From positions 7,526 to 71,525 of the IMG/VR virus record IMGVR_UViG_3300032074_000002: a stretch of 64,000 bases of DNA; one strand, written 5' to 3'. A program made the position numbers and the translations under genes. Below, in pieces: positions 37,470-47,759 of the stretch. The notes under the pieces were generated by a model. It did not search any database. It saw only the letters and a program-made list of their open reading frames with translations, and was not told the DNA's origin. The first letter of the stretch is position 1. Each line of letters starts with the position of its first letter. This DNA comes from a virus. Its lineage: Duplodnaviria > Caudoviricetes.

Positions 37470-38711
37470 TCAGGCGGCCGGGCGGGAAGCCTTGAGCGCC
37501 TGCAGCTTCGCGTAGCTCTGGGTCTTCTCGATCTGCTGCTGCGACATCCCGCTGGTGCGGAAGGCCGCAACCGTCTCCTCCAGAACGGCCAGCTGGTCGT
37601 CCTGGGGGTTCGTGGTGTGCCGGTCGCCGTCGCTGCCAGCCGGAGTCTGCGCCGAGTGGTTACTGGAGCCCTGCGCGTGGTTACCGAGCTGGGGCAGGGC
37701 GGGCGCGTCAGTCCACTGCTCCTTGTAGGCGGTGAACTGCTCGTCCGACAGGGCCAGGCAGAACGCCTCGGCCTTGTCCTTGTTCGAGGCGAACATCTTC
37801 TTGCTCTCGACGAGGCTGGAGACGAACGCGAGTCGCGCCCCCTTGGTCGTCTCGCTGCGGAACTCCTCCAGGGCGGTGATGTGCGCCTGGACCGCCGCGA
37901 AGTCGGACACCTGGCGACCGTTCACTGTGAAGTTGAAGGTCGGGGCCGGACCCGTGGTCGGAGCCGCGTGGTCGGTGGTCTGACCGCCCGGCTGACCCTG
38001 ACCCTGCGGCGTGACAGCCGGAGGAGCCGGGGGCAGCGGCGGGGTGGCCGGGTTCTGGGGGGCGCTGTCGGGCACTGCATTCTCCTCGCTCATAATGCTG
38101 AACTTGCTGCCGACCCCGTTGGCCGACGCGAACGTCTTGAGTCCCTCGACTGCCGGGAAGTCCACATAGGCGACGCCCTGATAGACCGGCCAGTACTCAG
38201 CCTCACTGTTGGAGGTCCAGCTACCGACCTCTGACGACAGGCTCTTCCACAGGCCGTTGTCGATCTTGTCCTGGGCGGTGGGGTCGAGGATCTGAAAGTC
38301 CGCCAGCAGGTACGTGTACCGCTGACCGTCCACGGGGTTGACCCGTTCCTCGGTCGAGAGGCCCGTGTGCCAGCCGATCAGGCTGTCCATGATGTCCGAG
38401 CCACTGGCGAAGAAGCCACTGTGACCCTTGCGAACTGGAGCGCCAGGCATGATGCCAGACTTGATCAGATGATTAAAGTTATCAACCATCTGCTGCATGT
38501 GCATATCTTCCCAGCTGTGCTGGATGCCCATGCTGTCACGGAAGGTGCCTGATCGGAAGACTGGGACGCCTTCGAGGTTCAAGACGGTTGTGCCGTCCGC
38601 GTTCGTCGAACGGTACTTGCGGACTGCCCCCGCTACCGAGAAGGAGGTGAACAGCGCGACGTTGCGTCGCGCTTCGGGGGCCAGGGTTGCGGTACTCATG
38701 TCGGGCGTCAC
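37470..38711 (-). CDS. Capsid maturation protease plus scaffold (Mu gp32-like)
   Basis: FRSGTF...VDNF...GWHTGL...KSLSSEV...VAYVDFPAVEGL; P/A linker; helical C-terminus. Confidence 0.85.
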   Translation of the reverse strand: MTPDMSTATLAPEARRNVALFTSFSVAGAVRKYRSTNADGTTVLNLEGVPVFRSGTFRDSMGIQHSWEDMHMQQMVDNFNHLIKSGIMPGAPVRKGHSGFFASGSDIMDSLIGWHTGLSTEERVNPVDGQRYTYLLADFQILDPTAQDKIDNGLWKSLSSEVGSWTSNSEAEYWPVYQGVAYVDFPAVEGLKTFASANGVGSKFSIMSEENAVPDSAPQNPATPPLPPAPPAVTPQGQGQPGGQTTDHAAPTTGPAPTFNFTVNGRQVSDFAAVQAHITALEEFRSETTKGARLAFVSSLVESKKMFASNKDKAEAFCLALSDEQFTAYKEQWTDAPALPQLGNHAQGSSNHSAQTPAGSDGDRHTTNPQDDQLAVLEETVAAFRTSGMSQQQIEKTQSYAKLQALKASRPAA

Positions 38712-38712
38712 C

Positions 38713-39039
38713 TTAGCCTTCGGATTGGGTGGTTGGCAACGATGCCCGCGTGCCGTTTTCGCGCGCCAGCACCTTCGGTTCTTCTATCGGCGTCAGAGCG
38801 GCATTGGTTCTGTTTACGATGACGACTTCCTGCCAGCGCAAGCACTCTCGACACAGGAGCGCCACGGTCCCACCGTAGAAGATTGTCTCACCAAAGATGC
38901 GGTTCTGCTTATAGACTCTTTGGTGAATGTACAGCCGACCCTTCTCGTCTACGCCGTAGACAGCCAAGAGTGGCTTGCGAGCACAGAAGCATCTCAGTTC
39001 GTGCTTCGTCTTCTCGCGGCGCGGTCGTTGACTAGGCAA
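38713..39039 (-). CDS. Small Zn-finger protein (Mu Com-like pattern); start uncertain
   Basis: ELRCFCARKPLLAV...VALLCRECLR. Confidence 0.6.
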   Translation of the reverse strand: MPSQRPRREKTKHELRCFCARKPLLAVYGVDEKGRLYIHQRVYKQNRIFGETIFYGGTVALLCRECLRWQEVVIVNRTNAALTPIEEPKVLARENGTRASLPTTQSEG

Positions 39040-40693
39040 CAGTCTCAGCAACCTTGGCGAAGGTGTCACAGAACTGCTTGGACGACTCCCACTTGACCTC
39101 CGCCACGTCGCTCAGGAAGGCGGTCATCTTGGAGTAGTAGGCATCAGCCTTCAGCTGGCCAACCTCGTTTACCATGGCTCGCCGGTAACCGAGGTCAATC
39201 TTGGACGGATCAAACTCACCACGCTTGAATGCAGCCGTCACCTGCTGACCGACGCGGTTGACGATAGCCGTAGCCGTAGAGGACGTGCCGTCACCCGCGC
39301 CGTCGGGCTGCTGGTTGTCCAGCGGGTTCGCGCCCGCCGGGTCCTGGCCAGCGTTCGGGTCCGTGCCCGGATCGGTGCCGGGAGTCTCCTTGAGCTGACG
39401 GATCTCGGTCAGCGTGAGCCCAGCGATGTCGCCGAGCTGATCGAGGTCAACCTTAGCCTTGCCGCTACTGATCAAGGCCTGAACGATCGTATTGATCAGA
39501 TCGCTGGACTCGTTACCCATCTTACGGAACTTAATGCGAGCCCTGGGAGCCTTGGGTGAGAAGTTGTAGTCCACCATCCGACTGAGCACGAAGTTGTCGA
39601 TGTACTGCTTTCGGTCGCCGTTCAGGCTGTTGAGCATCCACAGGTAGACCTGCATGTGCCCCTGGCCGAGGTTGTAGCTACCAACATCGGCAGTACGGAG
39701 CAGCAGGATTGGCGTGAACAGACCGATCGACATTTCTTCATCGAGTCGCGTCATGTAACGCTCGAAGTCAGCACCACGCATCTGCGACTCGAGATATTCG
39801 ATCTCGTAGTCATATGCCTTGCCAGATCCGCGCATCCCCTCGTCCTGGGGGTTGCGGTCGTTGGGCAGAACAACCGTGCTGCGGCTACGGATGTTCATAA
39901 GCATCTGCAGCATGTAGTCGCGCGAGTTCTGTGTCGTGCCGTCAGCCAGCAGGATGTCCTCGTCCATGGGAGCGCGACCGATTGGAGTCGGCTCGCCAAA
40001 GCGCTCGTAGTACCTGTTAGCGAACAGGTGCAACAGCATGGAGAAGAACCAGGATGTAAAGGCAGGCTTGAGCAGCTTAGTTCCGTAGTAGTCGCCGTGC
40101 GTCATCAGCATCGGGTACCACAGAGTCGCCTCGGCGGGCACTGGCCACGGTGAGCCGAACTGCTTGAGGCCGTCGTACACCTTGATCTTCGGAGGAACCT
40201 TACCTCCGGGCGGTGCGTAACCGTCAACGTACTTCCAGTTGACGAAGCACTCTTCCGGGATCAGGTCCTTGACCTTCGTAAGCTGAACACTCTTGCCCTG
40301 AATGTCATTGTCCCACTGGAGAACGTTCGGCGCAAAGCCTGCCCAGTGAGCTGTGTTCATGGATCGAGCCAGCGGCGTCCACATCTCGGCGAGGTTCTCC
40401 TCGCAGTGAGCGGCGATTTTCTTGTCGTCGCACTCGATGTGCCATTCGGCCTGGTGGAGCAGGAAGCCCAGCACCGCGAGCGAGGCGTGGATCTGGTAGT
40501 GGCTCGTCATCTTTCGGTAGTCCGAAAGCGTGAGGTTGTTCAGGTCAAAGCCGATGGTCCCACCGCCGGGCAGCTGCAGGAAGGTCAGGTCACGGCCCGC
40601 CCAGTTGCCGAACGCCTCGCCCAGCTTTGGCGGCGCGGCCTTGCGGTACTGCTGTGAACTGATCGGCCGACCGTACTGGTCGAGAAGGGACAC
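39032..40693 (-). CDS. Portal protein (DUF935 / Mu gp29-like)
   Basis: GTG 40693 with GAGG RBS; YGTKLLKPAFTSWFF...YERFGEP..IGR; follows TerL. Confidence 0.9.
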   Translation of the reverse strand: MSLLDQYGRPISSQQYRKAAPPKLGEAFGNWAGRDLTFLQLPGGGTIGFDLNNLTLSDYRKMTSHYQIHASLAVLGFLLHQAEWHIECDDKKIAAHCEENLAEMWTPLARSMNTAHWAGFAPNVLQWDNDIQGKSVQLTKVKDLIPEECFVNWKYVDGYAPPGGKVPPKIKVYDGLKQFGSPWPVPAEATLWYPMLMTHGDYYGTKLLKPAFTSWFFSMLLHLFANRYYERFGEPTPIGRAPMDEDILLADGTTQNSRDYMLQMLMNIRSRSTVVLPNDRNPQDEGMRGSGKAYDYEIEYLESQMRGADFERYMTRLDEEMSIGLFTPILLLRTADVGSYNLGQGHMQVYLWMLNSLNGDRKQYIDNFVLSRMVDYNFSPKAPRARIKFRKMGNESSDLINTIVQALISSGKAKVDLDQLGDIAGLTLTEIRQLKETPGTDPGTDPNAGQDPAGANPLDNQQPDGAGDGTSSTATAIVNRVGQQVTAAFKRGEFDPSKIDLGYRRAMVNEVGQLKADAYYSKMTAFLSDVAEVKWESSKQFCDTFAKVAETVA

Positions 40694-40695
40694 TT

Positions 40696-42594
40696 CTACC
40701 TCGTTTCGCGGGGCTGCAATCTCCCTGGGAGACTCAATCCACCGAGCATGGAACCTGAGGGGGGAAAGCTTGGAAGAGCCGTACCGCCGTAGGGACCTGC
40801 GTGGAAAGGCAAACCTGGGATTTCGAAGCCTGTCGGTTCCTGCACCTTTGGGCGAGGCATGTCCCACTCGGGGTCCTGCGACGACCGGGGTGAGCGTAGC
40901 CCACGGCGGAAGGATCGGTCGCCCATGAGTGTCGTCACAACCCCGGCCATGGCGTCGGCCAGATCCTTGGACCCCTTGGTTGGGTGGTCGATCTTCTTGC
41001 CGGTATCCTCTAGCTGTGTCAGCTCTCGGATTGCGACCTGTTCTTCGTCTGCGTCCCCGATGTTTCGGTAAGTGGTGTAGGGCGGGAACTCGAGTCTCTC
41101 GTCGATGATCGCATCACGAAGGTCCTCGTATGGAAGCGTCGATCGGTCAACGCTGAGATTATCAGCGAAGAAGCGCTTCTTGCGAAGTTGCTGAATCGAG
41201 TCTGTGCTCTGGAATCCGTCATAAGTCACCCTGATAACCTTAAACTTGCGCTCATCCCGAAGGTCGTAGATTACCCTTCGGATGTCTGAGAGCTGGATCT
41301 CATATCCGGGCCGCGCCTTAACTCGATAGAGCATGTCGATGACGATGTAAGGCTTGTCCTCGCCGTCGATCTCAACGATGCCTTCGACATGACCCATCGC
41401 AAAGCCGAGCGCATCCCCATCAGGACTGGTAGCGAGGTCAATGTGGACACATCGCTTGCGGGGGTCATTGTCGGCACGGAACCAGCTTGCAATCTGGGGG
41501 CGGGTGACGGACTTGTCTATAGGCGAGTCTGACCCGTGTCGTTCGATCCACCGAGCACGGCAGCTCTCAATCTTTTCCACTGATCCGATGAAGGGGTCGC
41601 CAATCGCAGGTGGAATGCCAGCGAGATCACGTAGGGCCTTGATGGGGTCATTGATGAAACTCTGGCGATAAACAGATGGCACTTCAAAAACGTGCTCGAC
41701 ACTATTCGCAATGAGATCTCGACCCACTTCGTCTGGGACGATTTCCCTCCGCCGCGAGTCATAGAAAAACGAATCACGAGTACCATCCGATTTCAAGTAG
41801 CGCGGGTAAGACCAACCGCGCGACTCCCAGATGGTCATGCGAGTCGTGTGCGCCTTCGGGTCTTTACTGAATGAGTCGAAGGTCCGGGCAGCGAAGCCCT
41901 CGGCCTTCTTCATCTGGCCAATGACGACGATCAGTCCCCGGTCATCGTACCTGGATTCGATACGAGCGTTAATCGTGTCGTAGCCGATCTGAGCGTAGTC
42001 CTTATCTTTGGTTACCTTGTGCGAGTCTGCCTCGTCGATAATTCCGCCGAGGATGTTGTAACCTTCGAAGGTCGTCTCGGCACTGTCGCCAGGGAGGATC
42101 CAGATTTCCTTGGGAAACCGGATGGACTTGGTAAACTTCGGATCGTATGGGTAGTTGTTAACGAACCAGTCCGAGTGTTCGATCCTGGCCTTGACATCAT
42201 CGAAGATGACCTGACGAGCCTGATCTTCCGACGTGCTCATCATCATAAAGGCGATACGCGAGCCAGGCAGCAGTCCCCAGAACTTCTGAGGATCTTTGAG
42301 ACACAGAACCCAATGACACATGTACGGCAGGATAATGCTGGCAATCGTAGTCTTGCCAATACCGATTGCGCCTGTAATCATTGCGCGCAGGACAAGCGCG
42401 ATGTTAGTGCTATTAACATCGTCGCCGAAGATTTCCAGCAGTGCATCCTTGATTCCGGGCCGCACCATGTCTGCGATATCGAGATAGCCCTCGCCGATGA
42501 ACTCCATGATCGTTGCTGGACGCTCTTCGAACTCAGGATTCTGAATCAGCCAGCGCGCCTCGCGGTCTGCCTTGGCAAAGTCAAAGCTGGTCAT
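40696..42594 (-). CDS. terL: Terminase large subunit
   Basis: GAIGIGKT (Walker A), GGIIDEAD (Walker B), HIDLA, DGFQS, IDHPTKGSKDLADA nuclease motifs. Confidence 0.95.
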   Translation of the reverse strand: MTSFDFAKADREARWLIQNPEFEERPATIMEFIGEGYLDIADMVRPGIKDALLEIFGDDVNSTNIALVLRAMITGAIGIGKTTIASIILPYMCHWVLCLKDPQKFWGLLPGSRIAFMMMSTSEDQARQVIFDDVKARIEHSDWFVNNYPYDPKFTKSIRFPKEIWILPGDSAETTFEGYNILGGIIDEADSHKVTKDKDYAQIGYDTINARIESRYDDRGLIVVIGQMKKAEGFAARTFDSFSKDPKAHTTRMTIWESRGWSYPRYLKSDGTRDSFFYDSRRREIVPDEVGRDLIANSVEHVFEVPSVYRQSFINDPIKALRDLAGIPPAIGDPFIGSVEKIESCRARWIERHGSDSPIDKSVTRPQIASWFRADNDPRKRCVHIDLATSPDGDALGFAMGHVEGIVEIDGEDKPYIVIDMLYRVKARPGYEIQLSDIRRVIYDLRDERKFKVIRVTYDGFQSTDSIQQLRKKRFFADNLSVDRSTLPYEDLRDAIIDERLEFPPYTTYRNIGDADEEQVAIRELTQLEDTGKKIDHPTKGSKDLADAMAGVVTTLMGDRSFRRGLRSPRSSQDPEWDMPRPKVQEPTGFEIPGLPFHAGPYGGTALPSFPPSGSMLGGLSLPGRLQPRETR

Positions 42595-42770
42595 TGAGGA
42601 TCACGCGGCCTTGGGATCGTTGGAATACTGCGCACGCCGGCGCGGCATTCTTGGGAGCAGTAAAGCTTCTTGGTCTTTGTACTGTACCACTTGAAGTGGC
42701 TAGAGTGCTGCAAGATTCGGCAGGCGGGGCAGGCGCGGGATGTAGTTACTGCACTGCCTACCGACTGCAT
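42591..42770 (-). CDS. 59-aa TRASH-like Zn-finger protein (not in track)
   Basis: CPAC...YCSQEC; AAGGAG RBS; ATGA overlap with terL. Confidence 0.65.
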   Translation of the reverse strand: MQSVGSAVTTSRACPACRILQHSSHFKWYSTKTKKLYCSQECRAGVRSIPTIPRPRDPQ

Positions 42771-42772
42771 GA

Positions 42773-43120
42773 CTACTCCTTGACGGTGCCCGAGGTTGGA
42801 CTACCTGCCTTCTCCCAGCCGATTCGAGCATAGTCACGCACGACAGGACTAAAGTGCTGCGCCAATGTCCACGGGACTGTTCCCTTGTTGAGAATCAGTT
42901 GCCGCATGAACTCGTGAATCTCATAATGCCCGTTACAACAGACACTGATCTTATTGTCGTCCGTATCGGGGCCGCCCATGCCTCTCGGCCAGATGTGATG
43001 CTTCTCGATGGGCACCCAGGAGTGGTGAGTGTGGACAGCGCAGGTGTAGCCCATGGGCATTCTCGGGCTAACAGCGTGGCTGTGGCCAGCGTCCTGCAGG
43101 GTGGGCTCACTCATGCTCAT
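42773..43120 (-). CDS. HNH endonuclease (packaging-associated)
   Basis: HHIWPRGMGGPDTDDNKISVCCNGHYEIH. Confidence 0.88.
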   Translation of the reverse strand: MSMSEPTLQDAGHSHAVSPRMPMGYTCAVHTHHSWVPIEKHHIWPRGMGGPDTDDNKISVCCNGHYEIHEFMRQLILNKGTVPWTLAQHFSPVVRDYARIGWEKAGSPTSGTVKE

Positions 43121-44517
43121 GCGACCGTCCCTTCAATTGCAGCAGGCTGCGCGACAGACTCCATCGGGCCGTACATGCGCTCCATCATAGTTCTGACCAT
43201 AGTAGGCGTGATGTCCTTGCGCTCAATGCCGGTAGACTCAATCGCCTTGATGACCTCAGACATGATCGCCTGAGGAGTTGCCCGCTCAGAGCCGACCGAT
43301 ACGGAGTTGCCAGCAACGTTGACGTTTACCTTCGGGCCAGCTCTGAGTGCGGGGTCGATGAGCTTCGCGTAGGTGACGCCATTCTTGAATAGTGCGCTGA
43401 GCATATTGGTCGTGTCGGGACTCATCTCCCCGAACTCGTCCTCGTCCTCGATCGCACGCTCTGCCCGTTCGGCCTGCTTGGCGAGAATCGAACTCAAGCC
43501 GTCGATCACTACACCAGAGTCTCGTGTCTGGAACATGCTTGCGAGAGATCTGTTGTCGCGTCCCACCGTACACACCGATCCTTCGCGGTACTGCTTACAC
43601 GTATCCGTCAATGAGCAGCTGTCACAGCGTATCTTATCAGTGGGCAACACCGGAAGCATCGTAGTGAACGGACTCTTCGTTGTAGCGGGCGAAAAGTCTG
43701 CATCCGAGCTGTCGGTGTCGATCTCCGACGGGTCGATGTTTGGATTGCGACGAAATCTGCGGTTCATACCCTCGGTAAAGTTATCCGCAGCCCACAGTGC
43801 AGACTTGATCATATAGATGCAGCGATTCCGCGGAACCGACAGGTCCGAAGGCTTAAACCCGAGGAGGCTGATCCACTGCGGCAGTAGCATCGCCGCTTCA
43901 TACTTGATCTCCTTGCCGGGTGGCAAGACGATCTTACCCTTCTGGGCATAGCTTCTGGGCTCGTAGTCAACCGACTTGAACCCCATGCCGAACAGTGCAC
44001 TCCAGCCGTAGAGGCCGTGAATGTGGATCGTACAATCAGGGTAGTCAAGCTGAACATCGCGCACAGTCTTAATCATCGCCCGACCGCGGCCCGTAACCAA
44101 GTCAGGAAAGTCAGTCACAACAACGATGTGATCCTGGCCAAACACCGGGCGCTCACGCCCGGGGACACTGGAGTCCTTGCAGGCGTCCTCATTCTCGCCA
44201 GAGGGATTGGCGGCAAGTTCTTCAAGGACGCTAATGGCTCGCTCGTTGAGCATCGACACGACGGGGTAAACGGCAGTGGGAGTATCCTCGGTGCAGCCCG
44301 ACTGATACTCAGCACAGCCCTGCTCCTCGTTGCCCACGTCCCATACCTTGTATGGGTGGCCAGCGAAGTACAGCTCTGCGTGCTTGAGTGGATCGAGCCG
44401 CTTCTTGAAAAGGTATCCACGATCCCACACAACCTGTCGATGGCCAGCCTCAACTAGCTCCTTGACATAGTTGTCGGGATTTCTAAAGAACACTTCAGTA
44501 CGCTGCCGCTTTGACAC
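43117..44517 (-). CDS. Putative TGT/DpdA-like domain fused to a Cys4 and TerS-like C-terminal region
   Basis: GTG 44517 with GGAGG; WDRGY and IHIHGLYG...FKSVD motifs; CDSC-x5-C-x8-C; VNVNV tail; sits at the TerS position. Confidence 0.55.
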   Translation of the reverse strand: MSKRQRTEVFFRNPDNYVKELVEAGHRQVVWDRGYLFKKRLDPLKHAELYFAGHPYKVWDVGNEEQGCAEYQSGCTEDTPTAVYPVVSMLNERAISVLEELAANPSGENEDACKDSSVPGRERPVFGQDHIVVVTDFPDLVTGRGRAMIKTVRDVQLDYPDCTIHIHGLYGWSALFGMGFKSVDYEPRSYAQKGKIVLPPGKEIKYEAAMLLPQWISLLGFKPSDLSVPRNRCIYMIKSALWAADNFTEGMNRRFRRNPNIDPSEIDTDSSDADFSPATTKSPFTTMLPVLPTDKIRCDSCSLTDTCKQYREGSVCTVGRDNRSLASMFQTRDSGVVIDGLSSILAKQAERAERAIEDEDEFGEMSPDTTNMLSALFKNGVTYAKLIDPALRAGPKVNVNVAGNSVSVGSERATPQAIMSEVIKAIESTGIERKDITPTMVRTMMERMYGPMESVAQPAAIEGTVA

Positions 44518-44746
44518 TATCTCACCTCCCGCGAGTGATCGAACCCTAGCACGGGTGGGACGCCTGATACCACGGGCGCACAGTGAATAGACGCGAGGGT
44601 GAGAGCGCGATAGCGTATCGGCGCGGTTCCTTGCAACCCCTATGCAGGGGGGATACGGTAGTCGGGCGGTCACGTTCCTCCGATAGTGCGGATAGGACGC
44701 CTCGGAAGGGTGACTGGCAAGTGAACATAGGATAGGGGGACCGCTT

Positions 44747-45568
44747 GTGTCAACTTCTGTACTGGTCAATCTTATGGCCAAGCACTTCATCGCACGACCT
44801 GACGTGAAGGCAGTTCAGCACGCTGACGGCTCTTATGCCCCGACCCGTGGCGCGGGGTGGAAGCGAGCAGACATCGAAGCACACCTCGCGGGGGAGGCAA
44901 CGTATGGACACTATCTGCTCAACACAGACGACACCACCAAGCTCATCTGCTTCGACGTGGATCTACGCCACACACGGAAAGAAAATGGTGCTGATGTGCC
45001 TGACGGCTGGCTGCCCAGTGCTGGCCTGGACGGAATCGAACCTTATGACGGGTTTACCAGTGCCAACCCTCGCGCCGTGTGGGCGGATCGTAGAGATGTT
45101 CGTCGCAACTACCTAAAGTACTCGATGCGGCTGATCGCGCATGTGTTCGCGGAGCGCATCCAAGCAGAACTGGACGTGCCTGTAGCCTGTACCTATTCGG
45201 GCAGCAAGGGTATCCATGTGTATGGGCTCACTGGTAAGATCAGCGCCAGCGATGCTCGTGACGGTGCCATGATTGTCATTGACTCGATTGGTCAGTTCGA
45301 GATCGAGCGCGGCGATTCACTCTTCAAGTACTCGGGCAACGATACGGAAAATCCGTTCGTCAACTTCTCGATCGAGGTCTACCCCAAACAGTCCAGCTTG
45401 GCTGGCAAGGACTTGGGAAACCTGCTTCGGCTCCCCCTGGGCAGGAACAACAAGAGCAAGGACCCGACGTTCTTCATAGACATGACCGCACCATTGGCCG
45501 AGATGAGGCCGATGGACCCGGAGTGGGCTCTCACTACTGCTTCTCCGTGGAAGCAGCCGGGCGAGTGA
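44747..45568 (+). CDS. Archaeo-eukaryotic primase (AEP, TOTE-type) domain
   Basis: CFDVD, YSGSKGIHVY, EVYPKQ...GNLLRLPLG. Confidence 0.85.
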   Translation: MSTSVLVNLMAKHFIARPDVKAVQHADGSYAPTRGAGWKRADIEAHLAGEATYGHYLLNTDDTTKLICFDVDLRHTRKENGADVPDGWLPSAGLDGIEPYDGFTSANPRAVWADRRDVRRNYLKYSMRLIAHVFAERIQAELDVPVACTYSGSKGIHVYGLTGKISASDARDGAMIVIDSIGQFEIERGDSLFKYSGNDTENPFVNFSIEVYPKQSSLAGKDLGNLLRLPLGRNNKSKDPTFFIDMTAPLAEMRPMDPEWALTTASPWKQPGE

Positions 45569-45744
45569 GCGGACAGTACCTCAAGCGCAAGCACTTCTGT
45601 TGCCCCCCGCCCGTGCGCGGACATGGCGATCTGTGGCAGTGTGAATGCGACAAGATCTATCGCTCTAGTTCGCCAGGTAATCCGAATTATGACAGATGGA
45701 TGCGCGTCTACTGGCTAGGACGCCTGTTGCGGGGGATCAAGTGA
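45565..45744 (+). CDS. Small Cys-rich protein
   Basis: HFCCP...WQCECDK; GTGA overlaps at both ends. Confidence 0.65.
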   Translation: MSGQYLKRKHFCCPPPVRGHGDLWQCECDKIYRSSSPGNPNYDRWMRVYWLGRLLRGIK

Positions 45745-47759
45745 CCGAGGAGACTACCCTTCAGCGGAAGGTCCGCGAAAGACGCGAACGGTTAGCAGCC
45801 GAAGCGGCGACAGCTTCAGGCTCAACCACCGCTCGAGGGATGGATGTCAACCCCGAGTTTTCTGATCTGGTCCCCGACGCCGACTCGGCATACGAGCGGT
45901 CTGATGCCGACCTGACGATCGACAGACTGATCGAGAACCTGGATGTTGTCGATGCGTACCGTCGGTGGATTCCGCACAAGACGATCCCGCCATTTAGTGC
46001 CGCCAAGCGCGAAGGCATCATGGTTCGCTGCCCTCGCCCGGATCACACTGACAATAACCCTTCTGCGTGGATCAACCGCGACAAGGGTACATGGTACTGT
46101 GGTGGCTGCGGTGAGGGCGGAGATGCGCTCGATCTGGCCAGTTTCTACCACGGGATCGGCGACTACAAGCACGGAAAATCTTTCGGACAACTTCGTGAAC
46201 GAGTCGCAGCCGATCTTGGCTATCGCATCATCACGGCACCTGGCGTCAAGAACCCGCCAGTCGTGGCGGTTGCTCCACCCCCCGCTGCACCGGAGCCCGT
46301 GGCCGAGGCGCCCGCTCCCCCAGCCCCTCCCCTGCCGCCCGCCCCAACACCTGTCCCGGTGGCGGTGGATGTAGATACTCGCCCTTATCCAGAGCCAGAC
46401 TCAACAACATGGGGTCATGTCAATCCAGAGGCTGAGCCTCTCGCAACAGTCACGAGCATCTATGGCGATGATGTCGAGAATGATGATATCATCCTGCCGA
46501 CGATTGACTGGCGGCCGCTCGTCACACCAGGAACTTTTCTCGATAAGTACATGCAACAAACGATCATCGACGACGTTCCCGAGGAATACAACTTCTGGAA
46601 CGGCCTCGCTGCGATCAGTATGGCAATCGGGCGTGATGTCGCCCTGGCCGACCGTAAGCCGGTGCTGGGCAATCTGTTCATGTGCATCGTCGGCAAGTCA
46701 GGTGCAGGGAAATCCCGAGCGATCAGTCATCTCACCGATCTGACTGGCATGGCACTACCCTATGATCCATCTGATCCGATGGACCGAGGCGTCAAGACGA
46801 TTTCGACGCCCGGGTCTGGTGAACACCTGATTCACCAGTTCTCCAAGCCGATTTATGACACCTCGGGTGCAAAGCCTGTTATCATCGGTTATGCGCCAGT
46901 ACGTGGCATTGTGGACTTTGACGAATTGTCTGCACTCGTGTCGCGCACCAATCGTCAGGGCAGTACACTCAAGACGAATCTCATGCAGTTCTTCGATGGT
47001 CGCAAGGAGGTTACCAGCGGCTCAATGGCTCATGGCGACCTGCGAGCAAGTATGCCATACGCATGTGTTGCTGCCGGTGTTCAGCCCAAGGCGCTACCCG
47101 ATCTAGTTAGTGACAGCGATGCTGTAAGTGGATTCTTGAACCGCTGGCTGTTTGTGACTGGTACACCAAAGAAGCGCATGGCAATCGGTGGAGTCGTCGT
47201 AGACATCCGTCCGTGTGCGCCTCCGCTTCAGGAGATTCACGAGTGGGCGAACGGACACGGCATGATGCTGTGGTCGGACGAGGCTGCCGAAGAATTCACG
47301 CGCCTGTTCGACGAGCGCATCGACCCACTACAGCAGAGTGATGACACGGACCTGTTCACTCGCATTGACCTGCTCTGCAAGAAACTGTGCCTACTACTCT
47401 CGGCCAATGAGATGCTCGACGAAGTATCTCGCACTATTGTTCTCAAGGTCGAGGCAATCTTCGACTATCTCGTAGCGATCTGGAACGTCCAAGCAAAGAG
47501 CCTTGGAAACACAGACGAGAAGCTGTGCGAGGAGCGGATCATCGACCTGCTCAAGCGGAAGGGTCCAGAACAGAAAGACGGCTCGCTGCAGATCGGTTAC
47601 ATCGTCTCGATCGTCGGCAAAAAGTATTCACGCAAGATGATCGAGGAGTGTCTGCGTCGGCTGACTAATCTTCATGTCATCGACTCCTACGTTCCCCCCG
47701 CTCCCAAGATTGGCCGCCCCCCGAAGCCCCGCTATCGCCTGGTGAGTGAAAATGACTGA
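45741..47759 (+). CDS. CHC2-like Zn finger plus P-loop helicase (DUF3987-like) replication protein
   Basis: CPRPDH..PSAWIN...WYCGGCGEGGD; GKSGAGKS; DFDEL; NRWLFV. Confidence 0.85.
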   Translation: MTEETTLQRKVRERRERLAAEAATASGSTTARGMDVNPEFSDLVPDADSAYERSDADLTIDRLIENLDVVDAYRRWIPHKTIPPFSAAKREGIMVRCPRPDHTDNNPSAWINRDKGTWYCGGCGEGGDALDLASFYHGIGDYKHGKSFGQLRERVAADLGYRIITAPGVKNPPVVAVAPPPAAPEPVAEAPAPPAPPLPPAPTPVPVAVDVDTRPYPEPDSTTWGHVNPEAEPLATVTSIYGDDVENDDIILPTIDWRPLVTPGTFLDKYMQQTIIDDVPEEYNFWNGLAAISMAIGRDVALADRKPVLGNLFMCIVGKSGAGKSRAISHLTDLTGMALPYDPSDPMDRGVKTISTPGSGEHLIHQFSKPIYDTSGAKPVIIGYAPVRGIVDFDELSALVSRTNRQGSTLKTNLMQFFDGRKEVTSGSMAHGDLRASMPYACVAAGVQPKALPDLVSDSDAVSGFLNRWLFVTGTPKKRMAIGGVVVDIRPCAPPLQEIHEWANGHGMMLWSDEAAEEFTRLFDERIDPLQQSDDTDLFTRIDLLCKKLCLLLSANEMLDEVSRTIVLKVEAIFDYLVAIWNVQAKSLGNTDEKLCEERIIDLLKRKGPEQKDGSLQIGYIVSIVGKKYSRKMIEECLRRLTNLHVIDSYVPPAPKIGRPPKPRYRLVSEND

